Source: a virus (Duplodnaviria > Caudoviricetes). From it: a stretch of DNA of 50,477 nucleotides. Location: the IMG/VR virus record IMGVR_UViG_3300020118_000066, positions 1 to 50,477 of that record; one strand, 5' to 3'. A program made the translations under genes and the position numbers. The notes under the pieces are model-generated. The model had not been told where the DNA came from, made no database searches, and was given only the letters and a program-made list of their open reading frames with translations. Positions 1 through 9,286 of the stretch are shown in pieces (positions within the stretch are counted from its first letter, which is position 1; each line of letters begins with the position of its first letter).

Positions 1-2
1 AT

Positions 3-272
3 TGTTTCTTGTCTATCTACCGTCAAGGCGGCATCTGTCCACTCCACACCGATCGCCCCCAGTGCAAATACACCATCGACCTCTGCATCAGCCAATTGAA
101 GCCATGGCCGATCTACGTTGACGGAGCGCCATACGTGCTACAGGAAAACGATGCCCTAATCTATAGCGGCACGGATAGCCCGCATTATCGCAACCGGATC
201 GAAGATGGAAATCATTGCACGCTGGCGTTTTTTCATTTCGTGAACGAAGACTTTGTGGGTAGGCTAGAATAA
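3..272 (+). CDS. 2OG-Fe(II) oxygenase, 5'-truncated by the window edge
   Basis: Frame open from base 3; HxD (HTDRPQC), DALIYSG, distal H-x-R (PHYRN) and FFHFV terminal strand. Confidence 0.7.
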   Translation, partial: CFLSIYRQGGICPLHTDRPQCKYTIDLCISQLKPWPIYVDGAPYVLQENDALIYSGTDSPHYRNRIEDGNHCTLAFFHFVNEDFVGRLE

Positions 273-575
273 TTAACAACCATCGATGCTGCGGGGAAAC
301 GGCATTGATGTGGGTGAGTTCGGTAGCCGGGAAGTAGAGCGAGGGGTACGACAGGCGAAGGTCTTTGGCTGCACCTGCAGACCTGGTGCGAGCATGGCCG
401 CGTAGGTCACACCTGCCGGCCGTGCGTAGCTAAATGGTGCGCTGAAATCGCGCGCTCGGAGCGGCATCACGCCGCCCAAGTGGCGCTGCGGTTCGTGGAT
501 CCCGTTTCAGAACGCATCTCCAGGGCGATTCTCGCCTCTGGACACAAACCCCATAGACGAAAGTGAGGATTCCCT

Positions 576-815
576 ATGGCAAGCTCCCGAAAGAAGTCCA
601 AGCGCTTGTCCGCGGACGAGCTGGCAATCCTAGAGCTCGTGCAAGACCTAGAAATCCTGTGGAGGATCGAGGAAGTAGACCGCCTGATCTCAACCGTCCG
701 GAGGTCCGGTATCCGTGGGACTGGCGGGAATGCAAGCTCCATGACATGGGATGGATGGCCCCGGCGGAAGTCGGATGTCCAGGCTGCGAAGAGGACGCTG
801 AGCATCGTGAGTTAA
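576..815 (+). CDS. Hypothetical basic protein
   Basis: GAGG upstream of ATG; ends just before the helicase gene. Confidence 0.45.
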   Translation: MASSRKKSKRLSADELAILELVQDLEILWRIEEVDRLISTVRRSGIRGTGGNASSMTWDGWPRRKSDVQAAKRTLSIVS

Positions 816-848
816 CGGGCGGCATTCTCTAGATGGGGTGAGGGGCAA

Positions 849-2081
849 ATGGAACAGAGCAGCGAACAAATAGGTTTAATCTCAGCAGCCCTAAAGATGG
901 CGATCGACAGCCATTTAGAGGCAGATCCCACCAAGGTACTCGAAAATCCACGCGGCGCATTAGACGGCTATATCGAGATCCTGAAGGCCGCGCGGCAAAT
1001 GCTCTCGAGCGGGTCGCTTAGTTGGCAAAAGGCCATTGGAGGGGAGCTGGTGCGGGCCGGTGAGCTCGCCAGCTATATCGACCAGGAATTCCCATGGCTG
1101 ATCGAGCCGCTCCTTTGCAGGGGCTTCCTGACGCAGATTCAGGGCGCCCCCAAGGGCGGCAAATCCGCCTTTTCGCTCTACCTGTCGCTCCTGGCCGCGA
1201 TCGGCGGTTGGGCGGCCATTCCAGAGCTTTCCCGTACCCAGCCGGCGACACCACTTCGGGTGCTCTACGTCGCCTGGGAAGACCCCAAGATCATGATGGC
1301 CAAGCGCCTGTCGATCTTCGGTAGCGGGCTTGGCCACGCGCGGACCTTCCTGCCAGAGAACCTTACTTTCCTATTTGCCCCAACGTTCTTTGCCAATCGA
1401 AATGACCATGTGGCCGCCCTCTCGGAAGTCATCACTGACACCAAAGCGGATATTGTGGTGATCGATACGCTTTCTTATGCCCATGAGTGCGAAGAAAACG
1501 CTGCCGATCAGATGCGTATCCCCATGGGCAATCTAACCAGAATGGCCGGCGACATGAACGTCTCCATCCTATACGTCCACCATACCGCCAAGGGGTCTAA
1601 GGATAAGTCCACTTGGGAGCGTGGCCGCGGGTCGGCCGCTATTGCTGCCGCCTGGCATATCCTGATTGATTGGGGCCAGCGGGAAGACGGGTCGGACGCT
1701 AACCCCGTGACCATCACCTCAAAGCTTGGGGTCGACGCCTCCTGGCTGGTTCATTACAACAAGGAATTTGGGGATCCACTTAAGCCCAAAAAGGTTACCT
1801 CCGTCAGTTGGGATATCGAGTCAACAGAACGCGAGACGTCCACTACCTTCAAGAAAAAGACAGAACGAGATGGTGAGGGTAGGGTCCTGGAGGCGCTTCA
1901 GGCCCTCGTCATTGCCGCCCCCAACAAATTCGTGCCTGGTCGGGACATCGTGGAGGCCATGGGCCATCAGGGATTCGGGAAATCGGTGGTTTACAAGTAT
2001 CTTGGCAATCTTGAGAAAACCTTCCAAGCGGTCAGAAAAACAGAGGGAAAAACCACGTTTTACGGTCTGACAAACATCTAA
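849..2081 (+). CDS. RepA/AAA_25-type RecA-fold replicative helicase with possible C-terminal winged helix
   Basis: Walker A GAPKGGKS, YVAWED, Walker B IVVIDTL, VHHTAK, GRGSAA motifs. Confidence 0.85.
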   Translation: MEQSSEQIGLISAALKMAIDSHLEADPTKVLENPRGALDGYIEILKAARQMLSSGSLSWQKAIGGELVRAGELASYIDQEFPWLIEPLLCRGFLTQIQGAPKGGKSAFSLYLSLLAAIGGWAAIPELSRTQPATPLRVLYVAWEDPKIMMAKRLSIFGSGLGHARTFLPENLTFLFAPTFFANRNDHVAALSEVITDTKADIVVIDTLSYAHECEENAADQMRIPMGNLTRMAGDMNVSILYVHHTAKGSKDKSTWERGRGSAAIAAAWHILIDWGQREDGSDANPVTITSKLGVDASWLVHYNKEFGDPLKPKKVTSVSWDIESTERETSTTFKKKTERDGEGRVLEALQALVIAAPNKFVPGRDIVEAMGHQGFGKSVVYKYLGNLEKTFQAVRKTEGKTTFYGLTNI

Positions 2082-2090
2082 TATGGGTTT

Positions 2091-2212
2091 GTCCACTATT
2101 CGTCCACTCGTCCATTTTGATGAAAAAGGGCCATTCGTCCACCGTCCACTCCCCTTTAAGGGAGTGGACGAGTGGAGTGGACGAGTCCACGCGTGGACGA
2201 ACAAAGTGGACG
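2091..2212. repeat. Iteron-like GTCCAC/GTGGAC array with central inverted repeat; candidate replication origin
   Basis: GTCCA at 2091, 2102, 2110, 2137, 2144; GTGGAC at 2164, 2177, 2193, 2206; 11-bp stem 2143-2153/2160-2170; perfect palindrome GTCCACGCGTGGAC 2185-2198. Confidence 0.75.
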
Positions 2213-2316
2213 AACCAAAAACTGTGAGATTTTATGTCTAAAAAGTGACCTAATACCCCACCCCAGCCTAGGGGTCTGGGTGGTTCTTAAATGGCCACCC
2301 AGACCCTATTTTTACT

Positions 2317-2345
2317 TTGACAGGCTTGGTAATGGGGGCTAATCT
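2317..2345 (+). promoter_or_regulatory. Sigma70-like promoter for the SecD-like gene
   Basis: TTGACA-N17-TAATCT, then GGGAGG RBS before ATG 2388. Confidence 0.6.
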
Positions 2346-2387
2346 TTTGGTATGAGATAGGGTGGAAACAGGGAATGGGAGGAACCA

Positions 2388-3065
2388 ATGTCCCTGTTGA
2401 TGGCCCTTGCCCTTCTTACCCAGGACAAGATCGTCTTCAAAGCCGCAAAGGACTCCAAGCCAGAAGAACTCAAAGAAACAGCAAAGGCCATCCATGCCAG
2501 AATTTCAGAGTACGGGTACAAAGAAATCCTTGTCTGGGAAGGAATCGATAAGATTACCCTAGAATCACCCATTTCGTTCGAAGCCAGTATGAGGCCAAAG
2601 CTTGAACAATTCGCCCTCAAGAGAGCCTCTAGCGTTGAAATCCGGTTTGTTTATCCAATGACCCCCGCCGAAGCCGAACAGTTCAAGCCCTTGGTCGGAG
2701 CCCCAAAGGGCGCCGTATGGGAGAACACCTCTGTAGGCTGGATCCCATTTAGAGACGCGCCTATCCTCAAGGTGTCTAAAATGGTCACCTGGAAGCCAAG
2801 CACGGGTATTCAGTCCGTTACCGCGGGGCCGTTTAACGAGAACCAGGCTCATTTAGCGTGGAACGAAGCGGCCACCAAACAGCTTCTTGAATACAAGGAC
2901 ATGATCCCCAAGTGCCGGCTGTTCCTGGATGGTGAGTACGTAGACGCACGAGTTAATATCACGTGGACCAAGCCCACCATGAAATGGACCTTGGGTAACC
3001 CAGAGGGATGGGACGTAACTGGCGTCTGTCTGAATCATCCGCTTTCGATCCAGTTGACCAAATAG
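2388..3065 (+). CDS. Exported protein resembling the SecD/SecDF periplasmic P1 subdomain
   Basis: Short hydrophobic N-terminus (MSLLMALALLTQD); segment ETAKAIHARISEYG...DKITLESP...VEIRFV resembles SecD P1; no further TM helices. Confidence 0.5.
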   Translation: MSLLMALALLTQDKIVFKAAKDSKPEELKETAKAIHARISEYGYKEILVWEGIDKITLESPISFEASMRPKLEQFALKRASSVEIRFVYPMTPAEAEQFKPLVGAPKGAVWENTSVGWIPFRDAPILKVSKMVTWKPSTGIQSVTAGPFNENQAHLAWNEAATKQLLEYKDMIPKCRLFLDGEYVDARVNITWTKPTMKWTLGNPEGWDVTGVCLNHPLSIQLTK

Positions 3066-3077
3066 AAGGACTCACGT

Positions 3078-3236
3078 ATGGCGCGCCCCAAAGGCAGTAA
3101 GTCTGATCCTATCGGACGGCTTATCGTGGAGCTCGAGGCGAAGTACAAAGTGGTGGACACCCGCATCAAGGCCCTCCGGGAATCCAGGCGCAAAATGATG
3201 GCCAATTACCGGATCTTGAGGAAAATGGGCTTGTAA
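3078..3236 (+). CDS. 52-aa basic protein with AT-hook-like start (not in ORF track)
   Basis: AGAAGGA RBS; MARPKGSKSDPIGRLIVELEAKYKVVDTRIKALRESRRKMMANYRILRKMGL. Confidence 0.6.
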   Translation: MARPKGSKSDPIGRLIVELEAKYKVVDTRIKALRESRRKMMANYRILRKMGL

Positions 3237-3264
3237 ATAACCCACGCAGTGGTACGTTGGGTGC

Positions 3265-3666
3265 ATGGAGGAAAACAACCGCACTGCCACCACCAAGATG
3301 TTGGGTGGGGTGACCGGTAAGGGCTTCCTCCCCGGGCAATCCGGGAACCCCAGCGGTCGCCCCAGAAGCGTTGCCAACCTCATTCGGGAACACACTAAGA
3401 ACGGCGCCGAACTGGTGACCTTCTTGCTGGACGCGCTAAGAGACCCAGACTGGAAGCCCGCCGACCGCCTCAAGGCGGCCGACATGCTTCTGGACCGCGG
3501 CTGCTTCCCCAAGGATTTAGGAGCCGGCAATGGAGGACAGCCCCCAGTCTTCGATGTCGAAAAACTCACTGACACAGAACGAGATTTCATCTCTGCTTTC
3601 CTTGCTGGACTCTCTACCATCCAAGCACGCCTTAGAAGCGGAGAGGCTGAAGCGCAGCCTCAGTGA
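3265..3666 (+). CDS. terS: Terminase small subunit (DUF5681-type)
   Basis: GKGFLPGQSGNPSGRP motif; directly upstream of and overlapping TerL. Confidence 0.75.
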   Translation: MEENNRTATTKMLGGVTGKGFLPGQSGNPSGRPRSVANLIREHTKNGAELVTFLLDALRDPDWKPADRLKAADMLLDRGCFPKDLGAGNGGQPPVFDVEKLTDTERDFISAFLAGLSTIQARLRSGEAEAQPQ

Positions 3667-5209
3667 GTTCGTTAAGGCCGCTTGGCACCTTGTAGAACCC
3701 GCTACTCCACTCGTTTGGAATTGGCATCTCGAGGCGATCTGTCTTCATCTCCAGGCCGTCACCGAAGGACGCATCAGAAAACTGATTATTAACGTCCCTC
3801 CGCGCACGGGTAAGTCCACCATCGTCTCTGTGCTCTGGCCTGTGTGGGAATGGACGCGCAATCCTTCGGTGCGCATGATGTTCGCCAGCTATGCTCAGCA
3901 GCTATCGCTTCGCGACTCCGTGCGCCGGCGCCTGGTGATCCTGTCGGAATGGTTTCAGGAGCGGTGGCCTGGCGTCAAGCTCTCGAGCGACCAGAACGTC
4001 AAGCACGAGTTCCAGAATACCGCGCTCGGGTACATGGTCGCTACAAGTACTGGAGGTACCGTCACCGGCCGCGGCGGCGATCGGCTCGTGTTGGATGACC
4101 CCAACGACGCCACACAGATGGAATCTGAAGTCGAGCGAGAATCAGCGCTAACGTGGTTTGATTTGCAATGGTCCACTCGAGGCAATAACCCCAACACCTA
4201 TGCCGAAGTCATCATCCAGCAGCGCACGCACGAACAGGATATTACGGGCCATGCCCTCAGGCAAGGCGAGTGGACGCACCTTAAATTGCCGATGGAATAT
4301 GCTGGCGCGAAATGCGCCACCGTTATAGGCTGGTCGGACCCAAGGGAGAGCGTCGGGGAACTGCTGGATGCGAAAAGGTTTTCGAAAGAAGCGGTCGAAA
4401 CCCTCAAGCGCCGGCTCGGGCCTTACGGGGCTTCCGGTCAGCTCCAGCAAGAGCCCTCCCCAAGCGAAGGCGGCATCATCAAGCGCGCCTGGATCCGCAA
4501 CTATCAAAGGGATGGCGATTACATTTCATTGCTCCATCACCGCTTCCCCATCCAGGACTGCATTCGGTTTGCGACAGTCGACCTCGCGGTAACGAAGAAA
4601 GACACCGACAAGGCAGACCCAGACTACACCGTCATAGCCGCGTGGTGCGTGTTCAACATGGTTGGCAAAGGTCCGGTGCTTTGCCTTCTGGACCTCTTCC
4701 GGGAGCGCGTGGAGGGCCCGGACATCGAACAGCACATCATCGCTTGGCACAACCATTACAAATTCTCCATGGTGGGGATTGAAACGATTGGCTTTCAGCT
4801 ATTGATTGCCCAGTCGCTCTTGCGCAAAGGCGTGCCAGTTCGCGAGATGTCCAATAGCTTGGAGGCGATCTACCGGCTTGATCGGGACAAGGTGGCGCGC
4901 GCTTATTCGGCCACGCCACTCATGGCCGACGGCCGGTTCTGGGTGCCCACCTATGCGCCTTGGCTTGGGGAATACATCAAGGAGCTTACGGTGTTTCCGA
5001 ACTACGGCCATGACGACCAGGTCGACGTGACGTCCGCGGCGGTGTCCATTGCGGAGCTCATGCACCCGAGAGAATTTTCCGAAGAAGCCAAGCCCAAGCG
5101 GCGCGTGGAAGAGCACGTCGCGCAGGATGATATTCCAGTACGGGTAGACGTCTACGGGGGCGAAACCGATGGCGATCCCATGGCCGGCTTCCGGGTGCCG
5201 CGGCCTTGA
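3530..5209 (+). CDS. terL: Terminase large subunit
   Basis: NVPPRTGKS Walker A, LVLDDP Walker B, IIQQRTHEQD, QQEP, TVDLA and HDDQVD nuclease motifs. Confidence 0.95.
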   Translation: MEDSPQSSMSKNSLTQNEISSLLSLLDSLPSKHALEAERLKRSLSEFVKAAWHLVEPATPLVWNWHLEAICLHLQAVTEGRIRKLIINVPPRTGKSTIVSVLWPVWEWTRNPSVRMMFASYAQQLSLRDSVRRRLVILSEWFQERWPGVKLSSDQNVKHEFQNTALGYMVATSTGGTVTGRGGDRLVLDDPNDATQMESEVERESALTWFDLQWSTRGNNPNTYAEVIIQQRTHEQDITGHALRQGEWTHLKLPMEYAGAKCATVIGWSDPRESVGELLDAKRFSKEAVETLKRRLGPYGASGQLQQEPSPSEGGIIKRAWIRNYQRDGDYISLLHHRFPIQDCIRFATVDLAVTKKDTDKADPDYTVIAAWCVFNMVGKGPVLCLLDLFRERVEGPDIEQHIIAWHNHYKFSMVGIETIGFQLLIAQSLLRKGVPVREMSNSLEAIYRLDRDKVARAYSATPLMADGRFWVPTYAPWLGEYIKELTVFPNYGHDDQVDVTSAAVSIAELMHPREFSEEAKPKRRVEEHVAQDDIPVRVDVYGGETDGDPMAGFRVPRP

Positions 5210-5267
5210 TGCGTATCTAATTCTTTGCCCCTTGCCATTGACAGCCGTTGTCCCACACTGATAGGAG

Positions 5268-6755
5268 ATGGCTAATCCACTCCTGCAGAGGACAATCAAC
5301 GACGTCCTGTACGGGTACCAGCTATCCGCCACCTACAAATCCGCTTGGGTCTACGAGCAGTCCTACGCGCTTTCCAAAGACCCGGACATCTGGGAAGTCT
5401 TCCTCCGCGATACGTCGTTCGCCTCGAGCGTCGACCGCTTTCAAAACTCCATCGTCAGGCCTTTCCGGGTAGAGCCCCCCAAGGGGACCAAGAACACCCA
5501 GAGCAAGCGCGCGGCGCGCATCGTTGAGGACGGCATCCATCAGTCGATGCTGTTTGACGACATGCGCAAGCGTCTAGCCCTGGGACGCGCTCTTGGTCGC
5601 TCCTATGAGTTCGTGGTCTGGGATTACGTCCATTGCTCGCTGGGCGGCTTCCCTGAGATGGATTGGATGGTCCCTATTGCCTTTGAGAATATCGATCGCA
5701 GGCGTATCCATTGGGTGCCTGAATGGGGCCAGGAGCCCGATGGAACGCCCAAAAAGCGCACGCATCGGGAGCTGTACAACACCAACACCAATCAGTGGCA
5801 ACCCATCTCCACGGACTTCGAAGACGCGCTGATTGAGGACATCTACCCCGTCAGCGAAGACCGTGTTGGTCAGGGCCGCGGACTCTTGGAGCATTGCTAC
5901 GTCTACCACTACCTGAAATCGGTGTTCATCGAGAAATGGGCGCAGGGCATCGACCGTTGGGCCAATGGCATCGTGATCGGCAAGATTGATACTGCGCGGC
6001 CTAGTTCACTTGGCAAGGCCGGCGCCACACTCCAAAGCGCCATGCAAGCGGTGTTGCAGAAGGCGCGCAGCGAACACGTCATTGTCTTGGATAAGGCCGA
6101 TGAAATCGAAGTGGTCGAAACTAGCGGCACCGGCCACGAGATGATTAACTCTGCCCTCGAGTACATCGATTCCTCGGTGGAGCGGCTTTGGAACGGATCG
6201 GTGCGGCCCTCTGGGCACGCTACGTCCACGGGTGCTCGCGCTCAGTCGGAGACGGAATCCGATACCTCAGAGTCGTTCTACCAGCCCTATCGCCAGCACC
6301 AGGACGAAATCCTGACGCGGGATCTGGTTGGGTACTTCTGGCGCCATCCGGTCAACAAGATGAATCGCTTTAAGCTTGGCCTTGGCATGGCGGAGCGTCC
6401 GCACTTCTCTAGCGAACAGGTCAAGCGTAAAGATCCGCTCACCGCTATTCAGATTGTGGCTCAGGCCAGGCAGGCTGGAATCCCGCTTCTCAAGAGCGAA
6501 GTCTACGAAGACCTGGAGTATTCTCAGCCCGAGCCCGACGAGGATGTCTTCGACGGCGCCATGGCTATGATGGGCGAAGATGGTGGCCTTGATGCCGCCG
6601 GCGCCGCGGGTGGCTTCCGTCCCCAAGGCGGGGAAGCCGCGCAAGCCAAGGAAGCGAAGGACGATAAAGATCTAGCCATGGCAGAGGCTTCTGGGGCCTC
6701 GGAGGGGGGTGATAACAAACCTTTTCCTAAAGCAAAGCCCGGCTCGGACAAGTGA
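5268..6755 (+). CDS. Portal protein (DUF935 / Mu gp29-like)
   Basis: Follows TerL; GRGLLEHCY..YLK..W motif, TLTRDLV-like C-terminal part, acidic disordered tail; AGGAG RBS. Confidence 0.8.
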   Translation: MANPLLQRTINDVLYGYQLSATYKSAWVYEQSYALSKDPDIWEVFLRDTSFASSVDRFQNSIVRPFRVEPPKGTKNTQSKRAARIVEDGIHQSMLFDDMRKRLALGRALGRSYEFVVWDYVHCSLGGFPEMDWMVPIAFENIDRRRIHWVPEWGQEPDGTPKKRTHRELYNTNTNQWQPISTDFEDALIEDIYPVSEDRVGQGRGLLEHCYVYHYLKSVFIEKWAQGIDRWANGIVIGKIDTARPSSLGKAGATLQSAMQAVLQKARSEHVIVLDKADEIEVVETSGTGHEMINSALEYIDSSVERLWNGSVRPSGHATSTGARAQSETESDTSESFYQPYRQHQDEILTRDLVGYFWRHPVNKMNRFKLGLGMAERPHFSSEQVKRKDPLTAIQIVAQARQAGIPLLKSEVYEDLEYSQPEPDEDVFDGAMAMMGEDGGLDAAGAAGGFRPQGGEAAQAKEAKDDKDLAMAEASGASEGGDNKPFPKAKPGSDK

Positions 6756-6761
6756 TTTTTA

Positions 6762-6794
6762 ATGCTTGACGAATGCGCATTCGTGCGTAACAAT
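6762..6794 (+). promoter_or_regulatory. Promoter with palindromic operator upstream of the modification cassette
   Basis: TTGACG (6766)-N17-AACAAT; perfect 16-bp palindrome ACGAATGCGCATTCGT 6769-6784. Confidence 0.55.
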
Positions 6795-6823
6795 AGTCGC
6801 AACGGAGACGCGAGGGGGAACGG

Positions 6824-7465
6824 TTGCGGCTTACAGCCGGATCTTGTAGCGGGCAATCCGCTACCATTGTCGGTGGTGGACCATCACTCCGAGGGTTTGA
6901 CCTCTCGCGTCTCTTTGGTAAGCGCAATATCATCTGCATCAACGCAGCGTTCCGCCACGTCTCATTTGCGGATGCTGTCTTCAGCGAGGATATACGTTTC
7001 ATCGAGCGCTTCGGAAACGAACTCCAGCTATTCCAGGGCAAAGTAATCTGGCATTGCCTGAAGGGCGTTGACCCAGAGCGCGGATTAAAGGCCTGCCCTA
7101 AGATCACCACAATCCTGGAGCGTAGGGACGATAAATACTGGTCGACCTCGCTTGATTCCCTTTCGTTCAGCAGCAATTCTGTAGTCGGGGCCATCAACTT
7201 GGCTGAGATTCTGGGGTGCCATACCATTTACATCCTGGGGGTGGATTGCCGAGCGGAAGGCCTCATGGTTGAGAACTTCCACAGCGACTATCCGCAAGAG
7301 TGGCAAGTCGGAGCCATGCAGGCACTCAACTGGAAAAGCGACTTCGAGCATTGGGTAGCGCCGAACTGCAAGGCCAACGTGGTGAACGTCATCAATCCTT
7401 CTTACGAATCGACCCTCGAATGCTGGCCCAAGATGAGCCTGGAGGCTTTCTGTGATGTGGCATGA
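6824..7465 (+). CDS. Maf/DUF115-like (sialyltransferase-fold) glycosyltransferase-like protein
   Basis: IVGGGPSL, IICINAA, NS..GAINLA..LG...IYILGVD motifs. Confidence 0.7.
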   Translation: MRLTAGSCSGQSATIVGGGPSLRGFDLSRLFGKRNIICINAAFRHVSFADAVFSEDIRFIERFGNELQLFQGKVIWHCLKGVDPERGLKACPKITTILERRDDKYWSTSLDSLSFSSNSVVGAINLAEILGCHTIYILGVDCRAEGLMVENFHSDYPQEWQVGAMQALNWKSDFEHWVAPNCKANVVNVINPSYESTLECWPKMSLEAFCDVA

Positions 7466-8055
7466 TTAAAGTCATTTCCTATTACAGCCCTGAATACGCA
7501 AAGTATGCCCAGCGGCTCACGGCCTCTCTCGTGCGCTTTAGCTGCGATTACCAAGTGGTCAACATGCCAAAGTTCCGAAGCTGGCACGACGGCGTATCCT
7601 TCAAACCCACCTACATCATGCACGCCATGGATAACTTCACAAGCTATGACGGCGTGCTTTGGTTGGATGCAGACTGTTATCTGAAGCGCGCGCTACCGTG
7701 GGATGAGCTGGCCGGCGCGGATATCGCCGCTACTCGCTTCCGCTGGAGCCCATCCCATAAGAACGAAATGCTGACAGGCACGCTGTACTTCGCCAACAAC
7801 CAGAAAACAAGGCTCCTGGTGGAGCAATGGGCTGGTGACACCAAGAAGTATTCGCACAGCGACACCCCAGAACAGGATTCGTTGCTCTACCTCGTGCAGA
7901 CTTGGGGCCATTCGATCCTCTTCAAAGACCTGGGGATCGATTGGACGTACATCGATGATCCCCTGGTGAAGCAGCAATACCCGAAAGCTGATCCCATCGT
8001 GGTCCATACCCAGGCCTCTCGGGAGGTGAAAAAGCTTGGGCAAGCTAAAGCGTAG
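7462..8055 (+). CDS. GT-A fold glycosyltransferase (nucleotide-diphospho-sugar transferase-like)
   Basis: FKP, VLWLDAD (DxD), TGTLYF, EQDSL, IVVH motifs; ATGA coupling. Confidence 0.75.
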   Translation: MIKVISYYSPEYAKYAQRLTASLVRFSCDYQVVNMPKFRSWHDGVSFKPTYIMHAMDNFTSYDGVLWLDADCYLKRALPWDELAGADIAATRFRWSPSHKNEMLTGTLYFANNQKTRLLVEQWAGDTKKYSHSDTPEQDSLLYLVQTWGHSILFKDLGIDWTYIDDPLVKQQYPKADPIVVHTQASREVKKLGQAKA

Positions 8056-8161
8056 GCGCAAGGTGAGGCCGAAGCCGAAGGTTCGCAGGGTGCGGATTAA
8101 GGGTGGACATACGCTTGAGATCGTGGACTGGCCTATAGGCGACCAGAACCTAAATGGGTGA
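8036..8161 (+). CDS. 41-aa Arg/Lys-rich peptide (not in ORF track)
   Basis: GGAGGTG RBS, TTG start, MGKLKRRRKVRPKPKVRRVRIKGGHTLEIVDWPIGDQNLNG; fills the gap and overlaps both neighbours. Confidence 0.45.
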   Translation: MGKLKRRRKVRPKPKVRRVRIKGGHTLEIVDWPIGDQNLNG

Positions 8162-8828
8162 TCCGAAAGTAACGGTCTTGATGCCCGTGGCGCGCGCCGA
8201 TCGCGCTCAGGCCGCGGTCAAAACCTGGACCGCAGCCGGCTACGACATGGTGCTTTACCAGGACAGCGGCACGACGCCATTTACCAATCAACCCACCCTG
8301 ACTGGCCCATATCAAGGAGTATGGCATGCCACTAATCTTCTGGCTCGGTTTGCTCTTAGCCTCGGCGCCGATGTCTGCGTGTTTGCTGGTGATGATATGG
8401 AGCCGGATCCGACCAATTCCCCGGTATCCATTGCAAGAGAGTACCTCGAGCGTTTCCCCGATGGCCTTGGCCTTATGCAGCCATGCGGCGATCCACAAGG
8501 CGTTGATGGAAGTGGTAGACCAGCTTCGGCAAGGATCTGTGGATCACCCTGGTTTGGCGCTGGCTGGATTCTCCGTGCGTATCGAGGGCTCGGGCCAACT
8601 CTGGGACTGTACTACCATTTTTATGCCGACGAAGAGCTACATGATGTCGCGGCCACCCTTAACCTACTTGTGATGCGGCCAGACCTGACGCAGTACCACA
8701 AGCATTGGAGCTGGGGACATACCCAACGCGAAGCGTACCACGAGAAAGCCAACACTCATTTCCAGTCCGATCAGCGGCTTTTCTTTGAGCGTCAGAAGAA
8801 CGGTTTTCCTGGGAGCGAACTCTTGTGA
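8154..8828 (+). CDS. GT2-like glycosyltransferase
   Basis: VTVLMPV start strand, FAGDDM, YYHFYADEEL, H-x-H-W. Confidence 0.7.
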   Translation: MGDPKVTVLMPVARADRAQAAVKTWTAAGYDMVLYQDSGTTPFTNQPTLTGPYQGVWHATNLLARFALSLGADVCVFAGDDMEPDPTNSPVSIAREYLERFPDGLGLMQPCGDPQGVDGSGRPASARICGSPWFGAGWILRAYRGLGPTLGLYYHFYADEELHDVAATLNLLVMRPDLTQYHKHWSWGHTQREAYHEKANTHFQSDQRLFFERQKNGFPGSELL

Positions 8829-9286
8829 AGCTATCCGAACTCGTTTTTTCCTCCACTCGCTTCCTGATGCTCGGAAAGTGCGACAAGGAGTTGCAGCTCT
8901 TCCGCGAGATGGGTTGCGAGGGGATCGCGGTCAATGCCGCTCCAGGCGACCTGAGCGACGAAGACTATTACGGCAGGATAACGTTCATTGACGGCAACTT
9001 AAACCACGAGGCGCACTTTACCCGCCTGATGAACGGCAAGTGGGTCAAGCCGCTGACCGTCAAGGACATCTTCGACCAGTGGGGGGATAAGAAATACAAC
9101 CTCATCATGATCGATGTGCCGATGCTCACGCGGTATCTCTGGTACTCAGAACAGATCCAGGTCCATATGCCGAAATATCACCTCCTGCGCGAAGATGGCC
9201 ACAATGAAGCCGTGGTGGAGAAGGCCAAACAACTTGGGTATGCGGCAATCGTGATTGAGGGGGATTGGCTCCTCTTGTACAAGTGA
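8825..9286 (+). CDS. Degenerate FkbM-like methyltransferase-fold protein
   Basis: LTVKDIFDQW...YNLIMIDV and LGY...GDWLL resemble the FkbM C-terminal half and the paralogue at 11305; SAM-binding motif eroded. Confidence 0.4.
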   Translation: MKLSELVFSSTRFLMLGKCDKELQLFREMGCEGIAVNAAPGDLSDEDYYGRITFIDGNLNHEAHFTRLMNGKWVKPLTVKDIFDQWGDKKYNLIMIDVPMLTRYLWYSEQIQVHMPKYHLLREDGHNEAVVEKAKQLGYAAIVIEGDWLLLYK

